Below are positions 30,182 to 38,605 of a stretch of 64,000 bases of DNA, one piece after another. Within the stretch, counting starts at the first letter, position 1. Each line of letters opens with the position of its first letter. The stretch is taken from contig CALHCB010000087.1 of NCBI GenBank assembly GCA_937930695.1, forward strand, positions 196-64,195, in the 5' to 3' direction. A program made the translations under genes and the position numbers. Origin of the DNA: an uncultured Acidimicrobiales bacterium (GTDB lineage Bacteria > Actinomycetota > Acidimicrobiia > Acidimicrobiales > SZUA-35). The notes below the pieces were generated by a model, which saw only the letters and a list, made by a program, of their open reading frames with translations, was not told the origin of the DNA and searched no databases.

Positions 30182-31117
30182 GTGAGCTATACCGACATTC
30201 AGGCACAATTGTCCGCTGGCCATACCGTCATCTTGGATGGCGGCACCGGAACTGAACTCGAGCTTCGTGGCGCCTCGATGGATCCTGAAGCGTGGTGTGG
30301 TGCGGCGACCATCGAGAACATTGATCTGCTCGAGACGATTCATCGCGACTACATCGATGCGGGAGCCCAGATCATCACGGCCAACACGTACGCGTCTTCG
30401 AGGCTGATGCTGGAGCCTGCTGGTCTCGCTGACCGCTTCGGGGAACTGAACCGGGCGGCAGTCCAGGCTGCTCATCGAGCCAGGGAGGCGAGCGGCTCCC
30501 AGGGAATCGCCGTTGCCGGTTCGTTGTCCCATATGGTCCCGATGGTTGCTGGGGCCAGCACCTCAGATCGTTCTCGCAATCCCAGCGAGGACCAGCTCGC
30601 AGATGCCTTCGGAGAACTTGCGACGCTCCATAAGGACGAGGGCTGCGATCTCATTGTGCTCGAGATGATGTTCCACCCTGAGCGCATGCCTCACGTGATG
30701 GCTGCGGCCAAGGCCACGGGGCTGCCTGTCTGGGCTGGGATGTCGGTTCGTGAAGGCAACGATGGAGAGCCGCTGAGTTTCACGATCGAAGGTGATATCC
30801 CATTCAACGAGATTGTCGAGCTCGCGTGTGCGTTCCAACCGGATGTGTGCGGTGTCATGCACAGCCCCTCTCATTTGGTCTCCCCCGCCATCGACATCGT
30901 GAAGGCACGATTCGGCGGACCGCTCATGGCGTACCCCGACTCTGGCTACTTCGCCATGCCCGAGTGGCGTTTCGAAAACATCATTCCGCCAGCGGAATTG
31001 CACAGCTACGGGTCGACTTGGCAGTCTCAGGGCGTGCAAATTCTCGGTGGATGTTGTGGGCTCTCACCTCGCCATATCGAGGCGCTCGTCCCCCTGTCCC
31101 GTTCCGATCAGGCCTGA
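30182..31117 (+). CDS. Homocysteine S-methyltransferase-domain protein
   Basis: ILDGGTGTELE, ITANTY and ILGGCCG motifs. The start is tentatively GTG 30182. Confidence 0.82.
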   Translation: MSYTDIQAQLSAGHTVILDGGTGTELELRGASMDPEAWCGAATIENIDLLETIHRDYIDAGAQIITANTYASSRLMLEPAGLADRFGELNRAAVQAAHRAREASGSQGIAVAGSLSHMVPMVAGASTSDRSRNPSEDQLADAFGELATLHKDEGCDLIVLEMMFHPERMPHVMAAAKATGLPVWAGMSVREGNDGEPLSFTIEGDIPFNEIVELACAFQPDVCGVMHSPSHLVSPAIDIVKARFGGPLMAYPDSGYFAMPEWRFENIIPPAELHSYGSTWQSQGVQILGGCCGLSPRHIEALVPLSRSDQA

Positions 31118-31120
31118 CTT

Positions 31121-32200
31121 GTGTCCCACGCAGCAGCTGCTCTAGGCGTCGCCGTCGGAGCAGGCGTTCCCGTGCTCCTCTGGGGCGCACCAGGCACCGG
31201 CAAGAGTTCCGCGGTCCAGGCGCTTGCCGAATCGGAGGGATGGCCCTGCGAAGTCGTCATTGCGTCGATCCGCGAGCCGTCGGACTTTGCTGGACTTCCT
31301 GTCGTCATCGATGGCGGCGTGCATTTTGCTCCACCCACGTGGGCGACCAATCTCGCGAACGCCGGACACGGCTTGCTTTTCCTCGACGAGATCTCCACTG
31401 CTCCGCCTGCCGTCCAAGCGGCGTTGCTGCGCGTTGTGCTCGAGCGAGTCGTTGGTGATCTTCGATTGCCTGATGACGTCGCAGTCGTTGCCGCCGCCAA
31501 CCCACCCGATCAGGCTGCTGACGGCTGGGACCTGTCGGCACCACTTGCCAATCGATTCTGCCATCTCCAGTGGACAGTCGATGCGGCCTCGATCGCCGAG
31601 GGCCTGGCCGCAGGTTTTCCGAGTCCGAAGCTTCCGACACTTCCTGCAGAATGGAGGGGACAATCGGGCCGTGCACGCGCTGAGGTTGCGGCCTTCCTTT
31701 CGATTCGGTCCAACCTCGTTTCGGTGCCACCCACCGATCGCGCAACGGCGGGCCGTGCATGGCCCAGCCCCCGGTCCTGGGAGATGGCTGCAGAACTTCT
31801 TGGCGCGGCGAGAGCGGCCGATGCCGGGAATGCGGTCATTGCCCAACTCGTGTCCGGCTGCGTTGGTGAGGGTGTGGGCATCGAGTTCCTCAGCTGGCTA
31901 CAAGAACTCGACCTTCCCGATCCCGAAACGGTGTTGGGCGACCCAGCATCATTTGTTCTTCCCGAACGTGGCGATCGGGCCTACGCCGTGTTGACGTCAA
32001 TTGCCGGAGCCGTTGCTGGGAATTCAACGCCCGAACGATGGGCTGCGGGTTGGAGAATCATGGGGACCGCTGGTGAAACCGCTCCCGATGTTGCCGCGAT
32101 GGCGGCCCGTATTCTGGCTCGTTGCCGCCCAGAGAATGCCGCCGCTCCTCCTGAGGCAGCAGCCTTTCTTCCACTCTTGCGAGACGCAGGTCTGGTCTAA
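31121..32200 (+). CDS. MoxR-class AAA+ ATPase (AAA_5)
   Basis: Walker A LLWGAPGTGKSS and Walker B GLLFLDEIS, with a MoxR-like sensor region and lid. The GTG start lies 3 nt after the upstream stop. Confidence 0.88.
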   Translation: MSHAAAALGVAVGAGVPVLLWGAPGTGKSSAVQALAESEGWPCEVVIASIREPSDFAGLPVVIDGGVHFAPPTWATNLANAGHGLLFLDEISTAPPAVQAALLRVVLERVVGDLRLPDDVAVVAAANPPDQAADGWDLSAPLANRFCHLQWTVDAASIAEGLAAGFPSPKLPTLPAEWRGQSGRARAEVAAFLSIRSNLVSVPPTDRATAGRAWPSPRSWEMAAELLGAARAADAGNAVIAQLVSGCVGEGVGIEFLSWLQELDLPDPETVLGDPASFVLPERGDRAYAVLTSIAGAVAGNSTPERWAAGWRIMGTAGETAPDVAAMAARILARCRPENAAAPPEAAAFLPLLRDAGLV

Positions 32201-33421
32201 GTGACCGACTCGGAGATTGAGTCGGACGTGTTGAGCGTTCACACCGTGGCCGCGGCTCGTCTTTGGGCCGCGAATCAGTTTCCTTATCTCGCTTCTGCCA
32301 TCTTTGCGCTGAGTGTCGAAGAAGCGCCTGGCATCGAGTCAGTGCAAGTCGATCAGTGGTGGCGCGTGCACGCAGATCCTGTTGTGGCCACAACTTGGTC
32401 GGTCGAGCAACTCGGGGGTGAGCTGATTCACCTCGGAACTCACTTGTTGCGAGACCACGCCAGCCGCGCCCAAGCCGTCGGCTTCACCGATCCTGCAGAA
32501 CTACACCATTGGGTCGAGGCAGCTGACGCGGAGCTCAACGATGATCTGCCGGCTGAACTGCCCCGAGGGCAGATAGCGATCAAGCCTGCGGATTTGGGAT
32601 GTCCGAACGGGCGTTTGGCCGAGGAGTACTACCAGAGCGGCCAGCCGAGGGATGGGTCCTTTTCCGATTGCGGGAGCGGAGCGCACGGCCAGACAGCTCC
32701 GTGGGAACCACCACCGCCGCGTGATGGCGGCACTGGTCTTGAGAAGGATCAACAAGAATTGGTCCGACAGCGTGTGGCCGCCGATATCCAAGCGCATGAT
32801 GCGGCTGACGTTCCGGAAGGATTGCTCCGTTGGGCCGAGAACCGACGGCGATCTTCGGTGGGGTGGCGAACCTTGCTCGCTGCCGAACTCCGCCGCAGCC
32901 TTGCGTCGGTCGCTGGCGCGGTCGACTACAGCTATGCCCGGCCATCGCGGCGGGCAAGCGCAGCGGGCAACGTCATCTTGCCCTCGCTTCGCAAACCGGA
33001 GGTGTCCGTCGCGGTCGTCTGCGACACCAGCGCCTCAGTCGACGAGAACCTTCTTGGCACTGCCCTCAGCGAGATCGAGGCGCTCGTGCGCTCGGTTGGG
33101 ACTCGCGGCGTCCAAGTCATCGCTTGTGATGACGCAGTTCACGCCGTGACAACCGTGCGCCGTGCCGACGATGTCACGCTGTTCGGCGGTGGTGGTACCG
33201 ACATGGGCGTGGGACTCGCGGTCGCAGCCGAGCAGCGACCAGTGCCACAGGTCGTCGTTGTCCTTACCGATGGATTCACTCCGTGGCCTGACAAGCAGCC
33301 GTCCAACGTCACAGTCCTGGTTGGACTGCTGGAAACAGCCGACGAGAGTTCTATCCCTCCTCCACCTCCTTCGTGGTGTCGAACCGTTCATATCTCGGCA
33401 GGTGCTGGAAGCCCGCCATGA
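32201..33421 (+). CDS. VWA-domain protein with an N-terminal putative-metallopeptidase-like domain (DUF2201-type architecture)
   Basis: C-terminal MIDAS (VVCDTSAS = DxSxS, GGGTDM, LTDG). The N-terminal domain carries HLGTHLLRDH where the family has HExxH....H. The GTG start immediately follows the AAA stop codon. Confidence 0.75.
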   Translation: MTDSEIESDVLSVHTVAAARLWAANQFPYLASAIFALSVEEAPGIESVQVDQWWRVHADPVVATTWSVEQLGGELIHLGTHLLRDHASRAQAVGFTDPAELHHWVEAADAELNDDLPAELPRGQIAIKPADLGCPNGRLAEEYYQSGQPRDGSFSDCGSGAHGQTAPWEPPPPRDGGTGLEKDQQELVRQRVAADIQAHDAADVPEGLLRWAENRRRSSVGWRTLLAAELRRSLASVAGAVDYSYARPSRRASAAGNVILPSLRKPEVSVAVVCDTSASVDENLLGTALSEIEALVRSVGTRGVQVIACDDAVHAVTTVRRADDVTLFGGGGTDMGVGLAVAAEQRPVPQVVVVLTDGFTPWPDKQPSNVTVLVGLLETADESSIPPPPPSWCRTVHISAGAGSPP

Positions 33422-34302
33422 TTTGGTCAGATGGTCCGCGACCCATCGAGCTTGCGGTGCCGTGTAGCGGGAGCACCCACCACCTCCGTTGGGAAGCGGG
33501 CGTCGTCACACCCCTCGACCATCCCGACGTCGACGCCGAGCGAGCGCTCGCGGCGTTTGGCGGTGATCCGCCGCAGTGTCTCGAACACCTCGACCTCTGG
33601 AACGAAGCAGTGGCGGACGGCGGCTTCCTGGGTGAGTGGGTGGACGAAGACCTCGACGCCGCGCGAATCAGCTGGCTTACCTCCGCGCTCGAGCGCATGC
33701 GCGCCGAGAGTTGGCACGAATTCTTGCGCGATCTTCCCATGGCTCGCGCCGGCAGAATGGGGCGATTTGTCACGACATTTCCGGCTCCATGGATCGATCG
33801 AGCGGCCCTGGCCACTGCAGTGCTACTCGTTGACGGCGATCACGTGGTCTGTACTCGGGCCCGCCATCTGATGGTTCCTGCAACAGCTCGCCGTCTGCGA
33901 CGAGCGTTCGTGTTGAGTGCAGGGGGTCGCCAGCTCGCGATCGGAAGTGCCGCCCTCGTGCCGTTCGACCCGCAGATCGTTCCAGGGGGGACCCCGTTCG
34001 CTGAGGGCGTTCTCGACGGGCGGTCAAGCTGGGCCACGATCCAGGTCAGCGAACGGTGGCTGTTTGAAGTGTGGGGCGCAGGTGCCTCGGTGATTGATGG
34101 GCGACTCGTGCTCGCGATCGACTACGAGAACGCTCCCGAACCGGTCGCAACGGTCCTTCATTGGGAACCAGATTCAAAGTCGCGACGCCGCTTCACGGCA
34201 ACAGTCCGAACCACAACGGTTCATTGTTCGAATCACGCATGGCAGCTCGAAGATCCGACGAATTTGCTCCACTCAAACGCACGCCCTTCTGACTTCAGAT
34301 AA
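33418..34302 (+). CDS. Hypothetical protein (no domain recognised)
   Basis: ATGA overlap with the VWA gene stop. N-terminal Cys/His cluster PCSGSTHHLRW...DHPD...CLEH. Amino-acid usage is typical of coding sequence. Confidence 0.6.
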   Translation: MIWSDGPRPIELAVPCSGSTHHLRWEAGVVTPLDHPDVDAERALAAFGGDPPQCLEHLDLWNEAVADGGFLGEWVDEDLDAARISWLTSALERMRAESWHEFLRDLPMARAGRMGRFVTTFPAPWIDRAALATAVLLVDGDHVVCTRARHLMVPATARRLRRAFVLSAGGRQLAIGSAALVPFDPQIVPGGTPFAEGVLDGRSSWATIQVSERWLFEVWGAGASVIDGRLVLAIDYENAPEPVATVLHWEPDSKSRRRFTATVRTTTVHCSNHAWQLEDPTNLLHSNARPSDFR

Positions 34303-34314
34303 CGTCGAGACCTC

Positions 34315-35448
34315 GTGGCTCGCCCTGAACTTTCCATGTCTCGAATCCCCGGGCCTGTCCGTTCAGCGATCGTTGTCGGACTGATCTACATCTTCCTCGT
34401 GGGTGTCTCCTCGCTGGAGGCCGGGATCAAGATCATGGGAGAAGACACCCAGGAACGGCTCTTCTCCGCTGCGAGCAATCCAATCGCTGCGTTGTGCATC
34501 GGAATTCTCGGAACCGTGCTGGTGCAGTCATCTTCCGCGTCGACCTCGGTGATCGTCGGTCTTGTCGCGTCTGGGGCGCTCGGTGTTGATGATGCGGTGC
34601 CCATGGTGATGGGAGCCAATATCGGCACCACGGTCACGAACACGCTCGTTTCGCTCGGTCATATTCGCCAGTCCAATGAGTTTCGTCGGGCGTTCGCAGC
34701 AGCCACGGTTCACGACTTCTTCAACGTGCTTGCCGTTGCCGTCCTCCTCCCCATCGAGTTGATCTTCGGGCTCATCAGTAACACCGCAAAGGCCATCAGC
34801 GAACGCCTGGTTGGCGCGTCAGGCACGGAGTGGAAGAGCCCGGTCAAGGCCTGGGTCAAGGAGCCTGTCGGTTGGCTGAAGGACCTCTGGGAAGCCGCTG
34901 GAACATCGGGCAACGTCCAAGGCGTCCTCATGGTTTTGACCGGCCTCGTGATCATCCTTGCCGCCTTGACGCTCATCACGAAGAACATGCGTGCCCTCGT
35001 GGCCGACCGAGTCGAGCGGTCCGTCAACGCATTGCTCAGTCGGGGAGGCGGTGCGATCGCATTGCTGCTCGGCCTGGTAATCACCATCGCGGTGCAGTCC
35101 TCCAGCATCACAACATCGATCCTGATTCCGCTTGCAGGTGCCGGCGTCATCAGCCTTCGCAATGCCTACCCCGTGACCCTCGGTGCCAATGTGGGAACCA
35201 CCATCACGGCGCTCCTCGCGTCGCTCGCGGCATCGAGTCCAGAGTCGCTCACTGTGGCCCTCGCTCACACAACGTTCAATATCGCTGGCATTCTTCTGCT
35301 CTATGCACTGCCATTCGCCCGCGATGTCCCCGTCAAGGCCGCCGAGGCACTTGCAGCTGTTGCAGTCGAACGCCGAACTGCCGCTGTCGCCTACGTCGCC
35401 GTCGCATTCATCATCCTGCCGCTGGTTGGCGTGGCAGTTCTCGGCTGA
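34315..35448 (+). CDS. Na+/phosphate cotransporter (NptA/YjbB-type) family protein
   Basis: Repeated Na/Pi motifs (GANIGTTVTNT and GANVGTTITA) in a polytopic membrane protein. The start is GTG 34315 or ATG 34336. Confidence 0.9.
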   Translation: MARPELSMSRIPGPVRSAIVVGLIYIFLVGVSSLEAGIKIMGEDTQERLFSAASNPIAALCIGILGTVLVQSSSASTSVIVGLVASGALGVDDAVPMVMGANIGTTVTNTLVSLGHIRQSNEFRRAFAAATVHDFFNVLAVAVLLPIELIFGLISNTAKAISERLVGASGTEWKSPVKAWVKEPVGWLKDLWEAAGTSGNVQGVLMVLTGLVIILAALTLITKNMRALVADRVERSVNALLSRGGGAIALLLGLVITIAVQSSSITTSILIPLAGAGVISLRNAYPVTLGANVGTTITALLASLAASSPESLTVALAHTTFNIAGILLLYALPFARDVPVKAAEALAAVAVERRTAAVAYVAVAFIILPLVGVAVLG

Positions 35449-35459
35449 GAGGTCGCAAC

Positions 35460-36143
35460 GTGGTACTTGCTTTTTTCAAGGGAAATTCGGGCGACGGGAA
35501 CTTCGACCACATCGTGTCGAAGGCGGTCGGCATGCTCGGTGACGCGCGGCATTCCTTCGACCTCGCGACGCTTGCGCTCTTGGCCGACACGGATCCGACC
35601 GCTGTCGCAGACGACATTCGTTCAACTGATCAGCGCATCAACGAGGCCGAACAGGAGCTGCGGTCCGAGTTGGTTGTTCATGTGAGCGTCCAGGGCAACG
35701 CCGACATCGGATCGGTCCTCGGCTTCACACTTCTGCTCAAGAAGATCGAGCGAGTTGGCGATCAGGCAAAGAACATCTTGGAACTCGCAGAGAACGGTGT
35801 GAACCTGGCGGACTCGCCCGAGGTCGAGGAGCTTTTGGCGGATCGACAAACTGCCTCAAACTTCTTTGCCGAGGCAGCAGATCTCCTTGGCGGCCCCGAC
35901 GCAGACGACGATGCCATTGCGGAGTACGGGCTCCGAGTCAATGCGATGGCCGATGAGCTCCAGGCCAAGATCGACGATTTCATGACGTCGGATCGTCCCG
36001 GTCGAGAGGTCGTCCCGCTCGCCATCTACTACCGCTATCTGCGCCGAATCGTTGCCAACCTGCTCGGTGTTGTTCGCACATCCGCGGAGCCACTTCCACA
36101 CGTCGACTATCTCGAAGGTGGAACAGTCGACACCGACGACTAA
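35460..36143 (+). CDS. PhoU-domain protein
   Basis: Only the 3' part of tracked ORF 34830..36143 is real. From GTG 35460 the translation is PhoU-like (...LLKKIERVGDQAKNILE ... YYRYLRRIVANL...). Confidence 0.8.
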   Translation: MVLAFFKGNSGDGNFDHIVSKAVGMLGDARHSFDLATLALLADTDPTAVADDIRSTDQRINEAEQELRSELVVHVSVQGNADIGSVLGFTLLLKKIERVGDQAKNILELAENGVNLADSPEVEELLADRQTASNFFAEAADLLGGPDADDDAIAEYGLRVNAMADELQAKIDDFMTSDRPGREVVPLAIYYRYLRRIVANLLGVVRTSAEPLPHVDYLEGGTVDTDD

Positions 36144-36167
36144 GACTTGGGCCCGGGCTCGGACGGT

Positions 36168-36764
36168 TCAATCTGCGGCGTCGATGGCTACATGCACCGC
36201 TACGTTCTCTTCGTCTCGGAGCCCAAGCTTCTTTCGAAGCGCCGCGAGCTCGTCCAGGTCATCGCCCTCGATCGCCAGGCTGTGTAGAACCTCGCCGGTG
36301 CTCTCGAGCGTGATGTCAGTTGCCTCAGCCCGTATGGACCCTATTCGATAGCGAGTGCGGGACTTTGTCACGAAGATCGCTCGAGCGGCCGCGTCGGGAT
36401 CCAGTTTGGCCACCGCCTTCTTGAGATTGAACGCCTTTCCTCGCTGTTCGCGGCCAAGGCGAAGTTCTTCAAACAATGTGTCGAACGGAGGTGGCGCAGT
36501 CTTGGCTGCCCGGTGCCAGTCAGAGGTCCAACGCTCGAAGCCTCGTTCCTCTGCAACGAGTTGTTTGATTTTCAGTTCGTTGTCACGGACCTTTGCATTC
36601 ACGCTCTGATCGTCGACAACGAAGTAGCAATCGGAGACCTGTTCGGTGCTCTCCTCGGTGGCCATGCGGGCCAGCGCCTTGCGTGTCTTGCGATGCGCGC
36701 CCCAGACTCGATACTCATAGCGCGACTTCTGATCATCGTTGTCGATCTTGCTCTTTTTCGACAT
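36168..36764 (-). CDS. CYTH-like domain protein (tentative)
   Basis: The pattern YEYRVW...DCYF...NAKVRDNELKIKQL...KSRTRYRIGSIRAEATDITLESTGEVLHSLAIEG resembles the CYTH beta-barrel layout. Assigned by eye only. Confidence 0.5.
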   Translation of the reverse strand: MSKKSKIDNDDQKSRYEYRVWGAHRKTRKALARMATEESTEQVSDCYFVVDDQSVNAKVRDNELKIKQLVAEERGFERWTSDWHRAAKTAPPPFDTLFEELRLGREQRGKAFNLKKAVAKLDPDAAARAIFVTKSRTRYRIGSIRAEATDITLESTGEVLHSLAIEGDDLDELAALRKKLGLRDEENVAVHVAIDAAD

Positions 36765-36892
36765 CTAGTTCCTACTCGCCCCCAAGCGGACCTTTCATCG
36801 TAGGCGACATCGGCTGATGAGACGGTGAATCGTCGTTGCGGGCCTTCACCCCCCTGTCGGCTCGCCTCACTTCGAAGTCCTAGGGTGAAGCC

Positions 36893-38605
36893 ATGAGGAC
36901 CGACGGCTTGCTCACCGTTTATGTGGCAAAGCTCATTCGCACCATGGAGCCAGCAGCTTCAGAGGCCACCGCCATTGCTGTTCGCGATGGGGTCATCGCC
37001 GAGGTCGGCACGTTGGAGTCCCTTCGTCCGTGGTTGGACCATCACGAACACGTCATCGACGAACGATTTGGGAATGAGGTGCTGCTGCCCGGTTTGATCG
37101 ATCCCCACGTGCACCCGTCGCTGATGGCTGCATTGCTCGCAACCGATTGGGTCACCCCAGAGCCTTGGGACCTGCCAAGTGGTCGGATCAACGCCACGAC
37201 AACTCCGATCGCGTACATGGAACGACTGAAGAGCCTCATCCGGCGCGACAACGAGGCCGGCAAGCCAACACAGGAACCACTCATCGTGTTCGGCTACCAC
37301 GAACAGTTTCACGGTCCAGTGGGGCGGGTGCTGCTCGATGAACTCGAGCCAGATCGACCGCTCATTCTCTGGCAACGATCCTTCCATGAATTGTGGTGCA
37401 ACTCAGCAGGTCTGGAGTTTCTCGACGCAGCGGTTGGGGCTGAATGGGATCCGCACATCGAGCTTGAAACGGGACGTCTGTATGAGTCGGGAATGACCTG
37501 GGGCCTGAACACGCTGATGCCGATCGTGCTCGAGCCAAAGCTGTTCCGACGGTCGTTGTCCGACTTCGCTTCGTTGGTCCGCGCCGGAGGCATCACAACG
37601 ATCGTCGATGCCGGACTGGGAAATCTTGACATCGATATGGAGCTCAGCGCGTATCGAGACGTGCTGGAAGACGATTCGATCGGCTTTGCAACCCATCTCA
37701 TGCTGAGCGCCGGACGAGTGCGTCAGAAGTGGCGCGATGAGCTCTTCGACGTCGCTGAAGCCATGGTGGCCGAGCGACCATCGACGACAACTCGCAAACG
37801 ACTCGGCATTCTCAAAGCTGCGAAGCTCTTCGCCGATGGAGCGTTCATCGCACAGCTCATGAAAGTCGGAGGTTTGGGCTACATCGACGGCCACGAGGGA
37901 GCCTGGATGATCGAGCCAGCGCAACTCCTGAAGCTTGCCCGACCGTGGTGGGAACGTGGATGGGACATCCACATCCATACCAACGGTGACCTCGGAGTCG
38001 AGGCGTGCCTCGATATGGCCCGAACTCTGCTGACCGAATCACCACGCTTCGATCATCGAACGACGCTGCACCACTTCGGCGTCTCGACAACAGCGCAGAC
38101 ACGAGCCATGGGTCAACTCGGCGTTCATGCCTCGGCCAACGGTTACTACTTGCACTTGTTCGCCGACACGTTTGCTCAGGAGTGGCTGGGAACTGAGCGT
38201 TCTTCGCAGATGACTCGCCTCGGCTCCGTCGTTGCCAGTGGTTCGACCGCTTCGGTTCATTCAGACGTACCGATGGGTCCCCTCGCTCCCCTGTTGGCTG
38301 CGTCAGCAATGGTGACGCGCACCACCTCCAACGGAACGGTAATGGCCCCGGGTGAGGCACTCACCGCGGAACAGGCACTGCGGACAATCACGATTGATGC
38401 CGCCTATCAGATGCGGCTCGATCACCGAATCGGAAGTTTGGCCGCCGGCAAGGACGCCGATTTCGTCGCGCTGGGTGATGACCCGCTTGCCATGGACCCC
38501 GCCGACTGGCCAACCATCGAAATTCTCGGCACGGTTTCTCGCGGCATCGTGACCGACCATGACGAGGATGAACACCGAGCAGGTTCGTCACCCGTGGCAA
38601 CGTGA
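36893..38605 (+). CDS. Metal-dependent amidohydrolase (Amidohydro_3-type TIM barrel)
   Basis: N-terminal LLPGLIDPHVHP metal-binding motif and a large insert-type amidohydrolase layout (HIHTNGD..., ...SDVPMGP). Confidence 0.88.
   Translation: MRTDGLLTVYVAKLIRTMEPAASEATAIAVRDGVIAEVGTLESLRPWLDHHEHVIDERFGNEVLLPGLIDPHVHPSLMAALLATDWVTPEPWDLPSGRINATTTPIAYMERLKSLIRRDNEAGKPTQEPLIVFGYHEQFHGPVGRVLLDELEPDRPLILWQRSFHELWCNSAGLEFLDAAVGAEWDPHIELETGRLYESGMTWGLNTLMPIVLEPKLFRRSLSDFASLVRAGGITTIVDAGLGNLDIDMELSAYRDVLEDDSIGFATHLMLSAGRVRQKWRDELFDVAEAMVAERPSTTTRKRLGILKAAKLFADGAFIAQLMKVGGLGYIDGHEGAWMIEPAQLLKLARPWWERGWDIHIHTNGDLGVEACLDMARTLLTESPRFDHRTTLHHFGVSTTAQTRAMGQLGVHASANGYYLHLFADTFAQEWLGTERSSQMTRLGSVVASGSTASVHSDVPMGPLAPLLAASAMVTRTTSNGTVMAPGEALTAEQALRTITIDAAYQMRLDHRIGSLAAGKDADFVALGDDPLAMDPADWPTIEILGTVSRGIVTDHDEDEHRAGSSPVAT

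Noticed and set aside
31142-31846. 234-aa minus-strand ORF, plus other alternative-frame ORFs across the AAA ATPase gene
   Set aside because: They are antisense or off-frame to a gene with clear Walker A and B motifs. No independent support exists.
34830-35459. 5' two-thirds of tracked ORF 34830..36143
   Set aside because: It is out of frame inside the Na/Pi cotransporter gene, and the translation is Arg/Pro/Cys-rich. Only the part after GTG 35460 is PhoU-like.
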